From positions 1 to 30,301 of the forward strand of contig NZ_JBMFOX010000014.1 in assembly GCF_049969415.1 (NCBI RefSeq): a stretch of DNA of 30,301 nucleotides, read 5' to 3'. Source of the stretch: Candidatus Hadarchaeum sp. (GTDB lineage Archaea > Hadarchaeota > Hadarchaeia > Hadarchaeales > Hadarchaeaceae). How positions within the stretch are numbered: the stretch's first letter is position 1; the number at the start of each line of letters is the position of its first letter. This document shows, piece by piece, positions 17,382 to 26,072 of this stretch. The position numbers and the translations under genes were made by a program. The notes under the pieces are model-generated. The model did no database searches. It was not told the origin of the DNA and saw only the letters and a program-made list of their open reading frames with translations.

Positions 17382-18416
17382 TCACCCCAGCCTGATTCTC
17401 GGGTCGATCTTGGCGTAGAGCAGATCGACGATTAGGTTGGTTATCACGATGACGGTGCCGATGAAGAGGACGAAACCGAGGACCGCAGGCATGTCCAGCT
17501 GGACCGCGGCGTTCACCGACCACCAGCCCAGACCCTTGTAGTTGAAGACGGTTTCTGTGAGCACGGCACCGGCCATCAGGGAGGCCACCAGATATCCCGC
17601 CACGGTCACCGCCGGGATCAGCGCGTTTCTCTTGGCGTGCTTGTTGATCACGGTCTTTTCATCGAGACCCTTGGCCCGGGCCATGGTGATGTAGTCCTTG
17701 TTCAGCGTCTCCAGCATGCTCGAGCGCATGATCCTCATGATGAAGGCCAGGTTGATGACGGTGAGCGTGGTGACGGGCAGCACCAGATGCCTCAGCGCAT
17801 CCAGAACTACGTCAAAGCGCAGGTTGAGGATGCCGTCGATGGTGTGGATGTTGGTGTAGTTTTGGAACGACGCCGAGCTCACAACCATTTCAGCGTCCAG
17901 CCCCAGCCTGCCCGGGGGGAAAAGCCCGGTGAAGAACCCGTAGAAGATCATCAGCAGCATCAGCCCCAGCCAGAAGGCGGGCAGGGAGTAGCCCGCGATG
18001 GCGAGGCCCCGGGTGACGTGGTCCACGGGCTTGTCCCTGTTGATGGCGGAGGTTATCCCCAGCTTGATCCCGATGAAGATGGTCAGGGGCACCGTGAAGA
18101 TCAGCAGCTCGAGCGTCGCCGGCAGGAACCTCAGCAGCGCCTCGGCAACGGGCATGTTGACCGACTTGGACCAGCCGAGGTTGCCGTTGAGGACCTCGCT
18201 GATCCAGTAGAAGAATTGCACGTAGACCGGCTCGTTCAGGTGGTACTTTTCGATTATCTGGTCGATGTTCCTGAACTGCTGCGGGCTCCTCACGTAGAGC
18301 GCCGCCCTTTGCACGGGGTTGAAGAACTGGAGCAGGGCAAAGATGATGATGATTACTCCAATTAGGACGGGTATCAGAAGAAGCAGCCTTCTCACGATAT
18401 AGGTTCTAAGTTCCAA
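17382..18416 (-). CDS. dppB: Peptide ABC transporter permease (DppB/OppB)
   Basis: YIVRRLL..IP, PATLEL, DYITMARAKGL, KHA.RNAL, VDLLYAKIDPRI. Confidence 0.93.
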   Translation of the reverse strand: MELRTYIVRRLLLLIPVLIGVIIIIFALLQFFNPVQRAALYVRSPQQFRNIDQIIEKYHLNEPVYVQFFYWISEVLNGNLGWSKSVNMPVAEALLRFLPATLELLIFTVPLTIFIGIKLGITSAINRDKPVDHVTRGLAIAGYSLPAFWLGLMLLMIFYGFFTGLFPPGRLGLDAEMVVSSASFQNYTNIHTIDGILNLRFDVVLDALRHLVLPVTTLTVINLAFIMRIMRSSMLETLNKDYITMARAKGLDEKTVINKHAKRNALIPAVTVAGYLVASLMAGAVLTETVFNYKGLGWWSVNAAVQLDMPAVLGFVLFIGTVIVITNLIVDLLYAKIDPRIRLG

Positions 18417-18448
18417 ACTGGTTCCCTTTTTTTAAGAGAGTATTGATG

Positions 18449-18462
18449 TTTAAAAAGCTTTC
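18449..18462 (-). promoter_or_regulatory. Putative internal promoter for dppBCDF
   Basis: Minus-strand GAAAGC-TTTTTAAA about 33 nt upstream of the dppB TTG. Confidence 0.45.
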
Positions 18463-18498
18463 AAAAAGAAAAGGGGAAAGGTTGGTTTTGACCTTTCC
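18463..18498 (-). terminator. Hairpin plus U-tract downstream of dppA
   Basis: Inverted repeat GGAAAGGT (18475-18482) / ACCTTTCC (18491-18498), followed on the minus strand by CC-TTTTCTTTTT. Confidence 0.7.
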
Positions 18499-18504
18499 TG
18501 GTAT

Positions 18505-20325
18505 TTATCCTTTCCACATCAGGTAGGGGTCACAAAGTGCCGGTTCGCCGGGCCAGATGGGGTTGTAGATCCAGCCGTGCACCCAATCCCTTTCGTAGTG
18601 GCGGCCGAGTGCCTGGTCGAGCGGGACGCTGGGTACATCGTCGTGGTAGATCTGCTGCAGCTCATAGTAGATCTGCTGTCTCCTGGCAGGGTCGATTTCG
18701 CTTATCCCCTGCATGATGAGGTCGTCCACGGTCGGGTTCGAGTAGCCCTGCCAGGCGGAGAAGGCGCCCGCGCTGTGCATGAATGGTTGGACGAAGTTGT
18801 GCGGGTCGGGGTAGTCGGCCATCCAGCCGATGATGTACAGGGGAAGTTTGCCGGCGACCATCTCGTGCAGGTAGGTGCCCCAGTCCCTAGCTGCTACTTC
18901 AATCGAGAACTTCGGGTTGAGGCTCTCGATGTTCTTCTTGAGGATTTCCGCGGCGATTCTCCTGGGCTCGTTTCCGGTGTTGTACAATATCGTCATCTTG
19001 AATCCCTTCTCCCAAAGCTCGCCGCCGAAAGCCTTCTTGAAGTATTCCTCAGCCTTAGCGAGGTCGAGGTGGTACTTCTCCTGGTTCGGGTTATGGTAGG
19101 GCAAGCCTTCGATCACCGGAGAGGCCGGCTGTATGGCTTCCCCTTGGTAGACGTCGCGCAGGAAGGTCTCGTAGTCGAAGGAGTAGGCGAAGGCGAGCCG
19201 GACGTTCTTGTCGGAGAAGAAGTTCGCCGGAATGCCGTTTCCGTCGAGCTGACCGCTGCCTATCCAGTCGCTGTTGGGGTCGATGTTCATGGTGAAGAAC
19301 ATGGCATCAACGGCCAGCATGGGCAGGTCCTTGGTGACACGAATGCCCTCGACGCCCTCCAGCTCGGCGATGTTCGGCCGGGGCACGTCCACGATGTCGG
19401 CGTCACCGGCGAGGAACATCAGCTTCCGGGTGGTCCACTCGGGAACCACCTGAATTACCACGTTTTTCAGCTTCGCCGGTCCACCCCAGTACTGGTCGTT
19501 TCTCGTCAGCACCGTTTGCACTCCGTGTTCCCAGCGGTCAAGCTTGAAGGGCCCGGTGCCGTTCATCACTTCCTGCAGTGGCGGGGTTTCGGGGTTGCGG
19601 TAGTTCTCCCAGGTCTCCGCCGTTCCCGGCCAGTCACCCTGGGCGATGCACCATTCCTTGTCAACAATCGAGGACCAAGACTGGGCTAGGATGGCTAGGA
19701 AAGGCGGGTAGGGCTGCGCGAGGTGGAAGACCACGTAGTCTCCCTCAACTTCAACCGCTTGGTCGATCTGCTCGAAGGTCAGCGGCTCGTAGGCGGCCTC
19801 GATGCCGATCAATGGCTCCAGAAGCATCCAGACCGGACCACCGTCACGGTTCTGCACCATCGCCCTCTCAAAGGAGTACTCGACATCTTCGGGGGTCAGG
19901 TCATCTCCGTTGTGGAACTTGACGCCGCTCCTTATCTTGAACTTATAGGTCAGTCCATCCGCGGAGATGCCGCCGTTGGCGACGGTGGGTACCTCGGTGG
20001 CCAGCTTGGGCACGAATCTGTCCGTGTGGGTGCCGTCGTAGGCGATCAGCGTTTCGTAAACCATCATGATGACTTCGCCGCTGGCGGTGTCGTAGGCCCA
20101 GGCTGGGTCCAAGGTCTCCTGTTCACCGATGGTGGCGTAGATCAGCGTGTCCGGATTTTTCACGGGCGTGGTGGTGGTCGTAGGCGTCGTGGTTGTGGTA
20201 GGCGTGGTGGTCGTCGTAGGCGCTGGCTGACCCAGCATCAAAACGGCTCCTGCGATTACTGCAACGACAACAATGACGATCACAATTACGGCAGATGTGG
20301 CCAATCCTTTTTTGCTTATATTCAC
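18505..20325 (-). CDS. dppA: Peptide/nickel-family ABC transporter substrate-binding protein (SBP family 5, DppA)
   Basis: TLDPA.AYD, YETL, VKFHNG..LT.EDV.YSF, GTGPFKL, GW.ADYPDP; N-terminal hydrophobic anchor and Thr linker; AGGAGG SD before GTG. Confidence 0.93.
   Translation of the reverse strand: MNISKKGLATSAVIVIVIVVVAVIAGAVLMLGQPAPTTTTTPTTTTTPTTTTTPVKNPDTLIYATIGEQETLDPAWAYDTASGEVIMMVYETLIAYDGTHTDRFVPKLATEVPTVANGGISADGLTYKFKIRSGVKFHNGDDLTPEDVEYSFERAMVQNRDGGPVWMLLEPLIGIEAAYEPLTFEQIDQAVEVEGDYVVFHLAQPYPPFLAILAQSWSSIVDKEWCIAQGDWPGTAETWENYRNPETPPLQEVMNGTGPFKLDRWEHGVQTVLTRNDQYWGGPAKLKNVVIQVVPEWTTRKLMFLAGDADIVDVPRPNIAELEGVEGIRVTKDLPMLAVDAMFFTMNIDPNSDWIGSGQLDGNGIPANFFSDKNVRLAFAYSFDYETFLRDVYQGEAIQPASPVIEGLPYHNPNQEKYHLDLAKAEEYFKKAFGGELWEKGFKMTILYNTGNEPRRIAAEILKKNIESLNPKFSIEVAARDWGTYLHEMVAGKLPLYIIGWMADYPDPHNFVQPFMHSAGAFSAWQGYSNPTVDDLIMQGISEIDPARRQQIYYELQQIYHDDVPSVPLDQALGRHYERDWVHGWIYNPIWPGEPALCDPYLMWKG
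20164..20222 (-). repeat. Three imperfect 18-bp tandem units encoding (PTTTTT)x3
   Basis: Translation PTTTTTPTTTTTPTTTTTP with synonymous variation between units. Confidence 0.85.
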
Positions 20326-20406
20326 ATCCTCCTTTTTGTTTTTAAGTTCAGATTCCGCGTTTAAATAGCCTCTGGATGGGCCGAAAGGAGCGGTCTCAGC
20401 GCGCGA

Positions 20407-20976
20407 TTAAATTGTCTTCAGCACCTCGGCGAGCTTGGCAAAGTCCTCCTTCAACTTCAGCCTCGTCTTGGCGCCGTAGAGGGCGGCGGCCGGGTGGTAG
20501 GTGAGAAAGATCGACAAGGTCAATCCCGCGAATCTGGCCTTCACCATCTTTCCGTGGTAGGCCGTTATGGGGATTTCTTTACCCAGCAGGGCCTTGGCCG
20601 CGATCCGGCCCAAAGCCACGATTAGCTCCGGTTTGATGAGTTTGACCTGCTTCTTCAGGTATTTTCCGGTGCAGATTTTGATCTCGTCGTCGAGGGGGGC
20701 ACGGTTCTGCGGAGGGCGGCACTTGACCGTGTTGGTGATGTAGACCTCCTCCCGTCTCAGGCCGGCGATTCCCAGGAGTTCGTCCAAGAATTTGCCCGCC
20801 GCCCCGCAGAAGGGGACGCCCCGGAGGTCCTCGTTTCTCCCCGGAGCCTCGCCCAGCAGCATCACGCGGGCGTCGTGGGGACCCTCTCCCGGCACGGCGT
20901 TTTTCCGGAGCCGGTGCAGCCTGCACAGGGTGCAGGTCTTTATTCTTCTCTCTAGGTCTTCCGTGGCGATCCCCAC
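20407..20976 (-). CDS. udg: Uracil-DNA glycosylase family 4 (4Fe-4S)
   Basis: CTLCRL, VPGEG, GEAPGRNED..G.PFCG.AG, TNTVKCRPP.NR, YHPAAALY. Start placed at GTG 20976; the longer ORF overlaps the upstream gene. Confidence 0.92.
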   Translation of the reverse strand: MGIATEDLERRIKTCTLCRLHRLRKNAVPGEGPHDARVMLLGEAPGRNEDLRGVPFCGAAGKFLDELLGIAGLRREEVYITNTVKCRPPQNRAPLDDEIKICTGKYLKKQVKLIKPELIVALGRIAAKALLGKEIPITAYHGKMVKARFAGLTLSIFLTYHPAAALYGAKTRLKLKEDFAKLAEVLKTI

Positions 20977-21503
20977 CCCGAGCGCTCGACCAGCGGCCGC
21001 AGCCGGTCGTGGATCAGCTTGAGCACTCGGACGTCCTCCCGGCAGTGCTCGACGATGAGCCGGCGCGACTCCAGGTCGCCGCGCTCCGCCAGCTTGAAAA
21101 GGGTCGGGATGTCGCCGCCGTGGACCTCCTTGAAGCCCCGTCCCGTGTTGAGGCCCAGAAATCGCACCACCGAGTCCAGGCTGTAACTGGAGAGCAGCAG
21201 CTTGGCCCGGGACCACTCGTAGAGGTCCAGCATCGGGGCCTCGGCCAGCTTGGACAGGTCCACGCCGTGCACCAGGGCCCGGCTGAGCAGGAAGGGGACG
21301 TCGAAGCCCGCGCCGAACCAGGTGACCAGCAGGTCGCAGTTCTCCAGCTTCTCCCGGAGCCACTCCAGAAGCCTCCGCTCCTCCTCGAAGGTGTCGGAGA
21401 ACCTGACCTCGGGTTCCCCCTCGGACATCACCCCAATGGCGATAACCATTCCCTCGTTGGCGTTCTTGGCGCTGGTCTCGATATCTAGGTAGAGCGCGGG
21501 CAT
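20952..21503 (-). CDS. RNase H-like DEDD 3'-5' exonuclease (YprB/RNase_H_2 family)
   Basis: LYLDIET, TW.G..FDVPFL, LDLY, YSLDSV..FLG, EHCREDV. Confidence 0.85.
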   Translation of the reverse strand: MPALYLDIETSAKNANEGMVIAIGVMSEGEPEVRFSDTFEEERRLLEWLREKLENCDLLVTWFGAGFDVPFLLSRALVHGVDLSKLAEAPMLDLYEWSRAKLLLSSYSLDSVVRFLGLNTGRGFKEVHGGDIPTLFKLAERGDLESRRLIVEHCREDVRVLKLIHDRLRPLVERSGWGSPRKT

Positions 21504-21914
21504 CTACTCACCCATCGCGAAGACCACCATTCTCCGGTTGCGGGGCCCGTCCGCCTCGATCAGGAGAAAGTTCTGCCAGGTCCCTCTCACCAGCCTGCCG
21601 TCGATGATGGGTAAGACTAGAGGGGAACTGAAGAGGGCCGACTTGAGGTGGGCGTGGGCGTTGTCGTCAATCCTGTCGTGCTGGTAGTTTCCCTGTTGGG
21701 GCACCAGGCCATCCAGCTTGTTGAGCAGATCCTGTTTCAGCCCGCCTTCATCCTCGTTGAGGACCAAGGTCGCGGTCGCGTGGGGCAGCAGCACCAGGAG
21801 CAGCCCGTTTCTGATTCCAGACTCCCGGACGGCCGCGAGCACCTTGTCGGTAACATCGACCACTTCGCAATGTTTTCGCGTGGAAACGTTGAATTCCCTG
21901 GACCAAGTTTTCAT
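21504..21914 (-). CDS. yjbQ: YjbQ/UPF0047 family protein
   Basis: DVTD.V, HATA.L.LNE, Y.HD..DDNAHAHLKSAL, GTWQ....E.DGPR. Confidence 0.92.
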   Translation of the reverse strand: MKTWSREFNVSTRKHCEVVDVTDKVLAAVRESGIRNGLLLVLLPHATATLVLNEDEGGLKQDLLNKLDGLVPQQGNYQHDRIDDNAHAHLKSALFSSPLVLPIIDGRLVRGTWQNFLLIEADGPRNRRMVVFAMGE

Positions 21915-21981
21915 GCCTCTCCCAAAGTTTGAATACGACTTCGGCTATTTTAACGTAGATGAAAATAGGGGTAGGGATAGG

Positions 21982-22917
21982 ATGAGGGTGCTGGTCACAG
22001 GGGGGGCGGGGTTCATCGGCTCCCATCTGGTCGACGCCCTGCTGGCCCGGGGCCACTCGGTCACGGTGCTGGACAACTTCTCCACCGGCTCGGAGGGAAA
22101 CATCGCCCATCACCTAGGTAACCGAGATTTCCGGCTGGTCCGGGGGGACGTCAGGGACCCGGCGGCGGTCAGGCGGGCGCTGGAGGGGGCCGAGGCCGTG
22201 GTACACTTGGCGGCCTTGATCAGCGTGCCGCTCTCAGTCAGGGATCCGGAGCTGACCAGCGAGGTGAACCTGGGGGGGACGCTCAACCTGCTCAGGGCCA
22301 GCCTCGAGGCCGGGGTCAACCGTTTTATCTTTGCCTCCTCCTGCGCCGTCTACGGGGAGGCGAAGCAGCTGCCGATAAAGGAGGAGACGCCACCGGAGCC
22401 GCTGTCGCCCTACGCCCGCTCCAAGCTCGAGGCGGAGAGGGCCTGCCGCGCCCTCTTCGAGGCCAACGCCTTCCCCGCGGTTTCACTCCGTTACTTCAAC
22501 GTCTACGGGCCCAGGCAGTCGGGGGGCGAGTATGCCGGGGTGATGCTGAGGTTCATCGAGCGCCTGCGGCAGAACCAGCCGCCGGTCATCTACGGCGACG
22601 GGGAGCAGACCCGCGACTTCATCTACGTGACCGACGTGGTGACGGCCACGCTGCTGGCACTGAAGTCCGGGGTCGAGGGTGAGGTGATCAACGTGGGTAC
22701 GATGAGGCGGACAAGCATCAACGAGCTCTGCGGGATCTTCCTCAAGCTCTCCGGGAAGACCAAGTTGAGGCCGGTATATGAGGCCGCCCGTCCCGGCGAC
22801 ATCAGGCACAGCCAGGCGGATATCTCCAAGGCGCGGGAGCGGCTCGGCTTCAGGCCAAAGGTGTCGCTGGAGAGCGGCGTCAAGATGCTGTTGCGGAGCC
22901 AGGGGGTCGGCAGGTGA
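21982..22917 (+). CDS. NAD-dependent nucleotide-sugar epimerase/dehydratase (GalE-like extended SDR)
   Basis: VTGGAGFIGSH, HLAA, ASSCAVYG, YARSK (YxxxK), RYFNVYGP, GDGEQTRDF. Start is ATG 21982. Confidence 0.93.
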   Translation: MRVLVTGGAGFIGSHLVDALLARGHSVTVLDNFSTGSEGNIAHHLGNRDFRLVRGDVRDPAAVRRALEGAEAVVHLAALISVPLSVRDPELTSEVNLGGTLNLLRASLEAGVNRFIFASSCAVYGEAKQLPIKEETPPEPLSPYARSKLEAERACRALFEANAFPAVSLRYFNVYGPRQSGGEYAGVMLRFIERLRQNQPPVIYGDGEQTRDFIYVTDVVTATLLALKSGVEGEVINVGTMRRTSINELCGIFLKLSGKTKLRPVYEAARPGDIRHSQADISKARERLGFRPKVSLESGVKMLLRSQGVGR

Positions 22918-22961
22918 AGGTCTGGATTATGACGCTAATGCGGGCCGAGGCGAGTGCCGTC
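22914..22961 (+). pseudogene. Decayed duplicate of the GT2 5' end (MKVWIMTLMRAEASAV)
   Basis: 31/47 nt identical to 24403-24449, first 13 nt exact; GTG overlaps the galE stop. Confidence 0.7.
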
Positions 22962-23076
22962 ATTTGGGCAACAGTCTGCACTGGGAGGGCGGGGGAGCGC
23001 CTTTTAAATACCTGTAATGGAGAAAATTAGTACACTATAGTAAACTATTTAAATGAAAATTGATACAGTAAAGTGT

Positions 23077-24405
23077 ATGATTAATGAGAATCTTCTGGGG
23101 ATAATGGAAGACTGGAACCTCTGGGCGAGGGATCAAAACACTGGGATTATGAGGGACGATTATCTCTCAAAGATGAGTTCCCTTTGGAATGCCCTTGGCA
23201 CCTGCACGGCCGTGGTTGGTGTGAGGAGGGCGGGGAAGACCTTCATCAGCAAGCAGTTCCTGAAGAAACTGATCGGGGAGGGGTGGCGAAGGGAGCAGAC
23301 CCTTTACGTTAACTTCGAGGATCCGGTGTTGAGGCCCATGCTCTCCGTGGGGCTTCTCCAGGACATCTACGAAACTTACAGGCACTTCCTGAACCAGACC
23401 GAGACGGCCGTGATAATCCTCGATGAGGTTCAGAATGTTCAGGGCTGGGAAAGCTGGGTCAGGTCGATGCTCGACAAGCAGGAGAAAGTGCGAATGATCA
23501 TAACCGGTTCCTCGTCCCAACTCCTCAGGGGGGAGCTTGCGAGCGCGCTGACAGGGAGGATCCTGACGCTGGAGGTCTTCCCCTTGGATTTCGGAGAGTT
23601 CCTGCGGTTCAAGGGTTTTGAAGGTGACCCACTTTTCAGGCGGAGAGAGGTCCTGAGCCTCCTCCGCGAGTATCTAGAATTTGGCGGATTCCCTCAGGCA
23701 GTCCTTGCTGAGGACAGGGATGTGAAGAGGGCGGTCCTGAAGGAGCTGTTTGAGGGCATCCTCACCCGGGACGTGGCCGAGAGGCACGGAGTGAGAGAAG
23801 TGGGCGACTTGAAGAGGCTAGCGGTTCTAACGGTTGGGAACTTTTCCTCCTACATCAGCGTCAAGAGGCTTTTGCATCTCTTCACCTCCATCACTAGGCG
23901 AAAGGTGTCTCCCTCGACCATCAACCAGTTTCTCAACCATTTCCGGGAGGCGTTCCTCTGCTTCTATGTGCCGATCTTCAGCTACAAGGTAAAGGATCAG
24001 CTCCTGTATCCGCGAAAGGTCTATCCGGTTGATGTGGGGTTGGTGAACGCGGTGGTTCCAAGGCCATTGGAGAACCTCGGCGGATTGGCGGAAAATGTGG
24101 TTGCGATTTCCCTGTTGAAAAAGTTCGGGGAGGAAAGTATCTTCTATTGGAAGGACAGGATAAGTGAGGTCGACTTTGTGGTGAAGGAGGGGATGCGGGT
24201 GAGGCAGCTCATCCAGGTGTGCTGGGACCCGACCGACGAGGAGACGAAGAAGCGGGAGGTCAAGGGGCTCCTGAGGGCGATGGAGGAGTTCCGGCTGAGG
24301 GAGGGGCTGGTGCTGACCGAGTACTTTGAAGAGGGGGAAGAGGTGGAGGGAAAGAGGATAATTTACAGGCCGCTATGGAAGTGGCTGCTGGAGGTGGGAT
24401 CATGA
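23077..24405 (+). CDS. AAA_14 ATPase with C-terminal DUF4143 (PD-(D/E)XK-like) domain
   Basis: GVRRAGKT, YVNFED, LDEVQ, TGSS, GGFP, KVYPVDVG, ENVV, EVDFV, LIQV. ATG 23077 is about 23 nt after TTTAAAT (probably leaderless); 23053 is an alternative start. Confidence 0.9.
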   Translation: MINENLLGIMEDWNLWARDQNTGIMRDDYLSKMSSLWNALGTCTAVVGVRRAGKTFISKQFLKKLIGEGWRREQTLYVNFEDPVLRPMLSVGLLQDIYETYRHFLNQTETAVIILDEVQNVQGWESWVRSMLDKQEKVRMIITGSSSQLLRGELASALTGRILTLEVFPLDFGEFLRFKGFEGDPLFRRREVLSLLREYLEFGGFPQAVLAEDRDVKRAVLKELFEGILTRDVAERHGVREVGDLKRLAVLTVGNFSSYISVKRLLHLFTSITRRKVSPSTINQFLNHFREAFLCFYVPIFSYKVKDQLLYPRKVYPVDVGLVNAVVPRPLENLGGLAENVVAISLLKKFGEESIFYWKDRISEVDFVVKEGMRVRQLIQVCWDPTDEETKKREVKGLLRAMEEFRLREGLVLTEYFEEGEEVEGKRIIYRPLWKWLLEVGS

Positions 24406-25061
24406 AGGTCTGGATCGTGATGCCGGCGCGGGATGAAGAATTCGCCATCGGTGGGGTGATCGACGGCCTGCAACGGGAGGGCTGGCGCGATATCATCGTG
24501 GTGGACGACGGGTCGAGGGATCGAACGGCGGAGATCGCCCGGGCGAAGGGCGCCGTGGTCGTCAGCCACCAGCGGAACCTCGGGCTGGGGGCGGCCCTGC
24601 GCACCGGCCTGGAGGAGGCCCGGAGGCGCGGGGCGGACTGCGCGGTGACCTTCGATGCCGACGGCCAGCACGACCCACGGGAGGTGAGGAAGCTGGTTGA
24701 GGCGATCGACGGGGCGGACCTCGTTATCGGGTCGAGACGATCCGTGAACATCCCGCTGAACAAGCGCTTCGGCAACTTCATGCTCAACCTGATCACGAGG
24801 CTGATGGGGGGACCGCTGCTGGACTCACAGTCGGGGCTGAGGGCCTTCAGCCGCCGGGCGCTGGAGGCCATCAGGATCCGGAGCGATCGCTATGAGGTCT
24901 CATCGGAGATCGTCATCAATGCCCGGCGCTTGGGGCTCAGGATCAGGGAGGTGCCGGTGAGCTGCTACTTCACCGACTACTCCAAGGCCCGGGGGACGAC
25001 GATCGCCAGTGGCCTGCGGATCTTTTTCCGACTGGTCAGGCTTCGGCTGCTCTACGGCTGA
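24402..25061 (+). CDS. Glycosyltransferase family 2 (dolichol-phosphate glycosyltransferase-like)
   Basis: VVDDGS.D.T, N.GLGAAL, DADGQHDP, VIGSR, DSQSGLRAF; ATGA overlap with the ATPase stop. Confidence 0.92.
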   Translation: MKVWIVMPARDEEFAIGGVIDGLQREGWRDIIVVDDGSRDRTAEIARAKGAVVVSHQRNLGLGAALRTGLEEARRRGADCAVTFDADGQHDPREVRKLVEAIDGADLVIGSRRSVNIPLNKRFGNFMLNLITRLMGGPLLDSQSGLRAFSRRALEAIRIRSDRYEVSSEIVINARRLGLRIREVPVSCYFTDYSKARGTTIASGLRIFFRLVRLRLLYG

Positions 25062-25111
25062 AATGGAGAACTTATTTAGCCTCCGGCTGATTTGAAAAAC
25101 TGTGGGTGGAA

Positions 25112-26062
25112 ATGGCCAAGGTCATCGCCGATTTCGGCCTGAATCACCGGGGGAGCTTGGAGACGCTGCGGGAGATGGTCCGGGCCGCGGCCGAGGCCGG
25201 GGCGGACTACGCTGAGATCCATTCCATGCGGGCGGACGACCTTGTCTATCGGGAGAGGTTTGAGGAGGGGAGGGTGGAAAAGGGGCAGGTGTCCGCCATC
25301 AAGCGCCCCTACCGGGAGGAGTATCAGCGGCTGAAGCAGTTCAACTTGGGTGACGAGGCCTACGGGGCCTTCATCGACGAGTGCCGGGCGGCGGGCCTGA
25401 AGCCGCTGGCGGCGGTCTACACCCGGTCGCGGATCCCCTTCTTGGCCAGCCTGCCCTGGCGGGAAGTAAGGGTCCTGGGCTATGACTGTGGCAGCTATCC
25501 CATGATCCGGGAGCTCTCGGAGCGTTTCGATCACCTCTTCATCTCCACCGAGGCGGCCGCTGACGAGGAGGTCGAGAGGACGGCCCGGATGCTAAAGGGG
25601 CGCAGCTTCACCCTGCTCCATTCCGTCGCCCTCTACCCCGCGCCGCTGGAGAGGATGAACCTGGACCGGATGGGCTACCTGAGGAGGTTCACCGGGAGCG
25701 TGGGGTTCAGCGACCACTGCTCCGTCGAGGGCGACGGCCTGAAGGCAGCGATCGCCGCGCTTTACCTGGGCGCCGAGGTTATCGAGAAGCCCTTCACCAT
25801 TCTGGAGCGGGGGCTGACGCCGGATGGGACCATGGCGGTCGACCCTGTCCAGCTGAAGGAGCTCGTCGGCTATGCCCGGATGGGGAAGGAGGAGCTGGGG
25901 GATCTCGTCGCCAGGATGCCCGAGTTCAAGGTGATGAAGGGGGTCAAGCATCCGGAGCTGAGTCCCGAGGAGCGGCTCAACCGGGACTACTACCGGGGCC
26001 GGTTCGCCAGCCGGGTCAAAGGACTGGTGGTGTTTAATTGGGAGGAGAAGAAGGTATTCTGA
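25112..26062 (+). CDS. NeuB-family (nonulosonic acid synthase-like) protein with divergent active site
   Basis: IADFGLNHRG, AAAEAGAD, LLHSVALYP, GFSDH, GAEVIEKPFT; no C-terminal SAF domain. Confidence 0.85.
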   Translation: MAKVIADFGLNHRGSLETLREMVRAAAEAGADYAEIHSMRADDLVYRERFEEGRVEKGQVSAIKRPYREEYQRLKQFNLGDEAYGAFIDECRAAGLKPLAAVYTRSRIPFLASLPWREVRVLGYDCGSYPMIRELSERFDHLFISTEAAADEEVERTARMLKGRSFTLLHSVALYPAPLERMNLDRMGYLRRFTGSVGFSDHCSVEGDGLKAAIAALYLGAEVIEKPFTILERGLTPDGTMAVDPVQLKELVGYARMGKEELGDLVARMPEFKVMKGVKHPELSPEERLNRDYYRGRFASRVKGLVVFNWEEKKVF

Positions 26063-26072
26063 GGCGGCCCGG

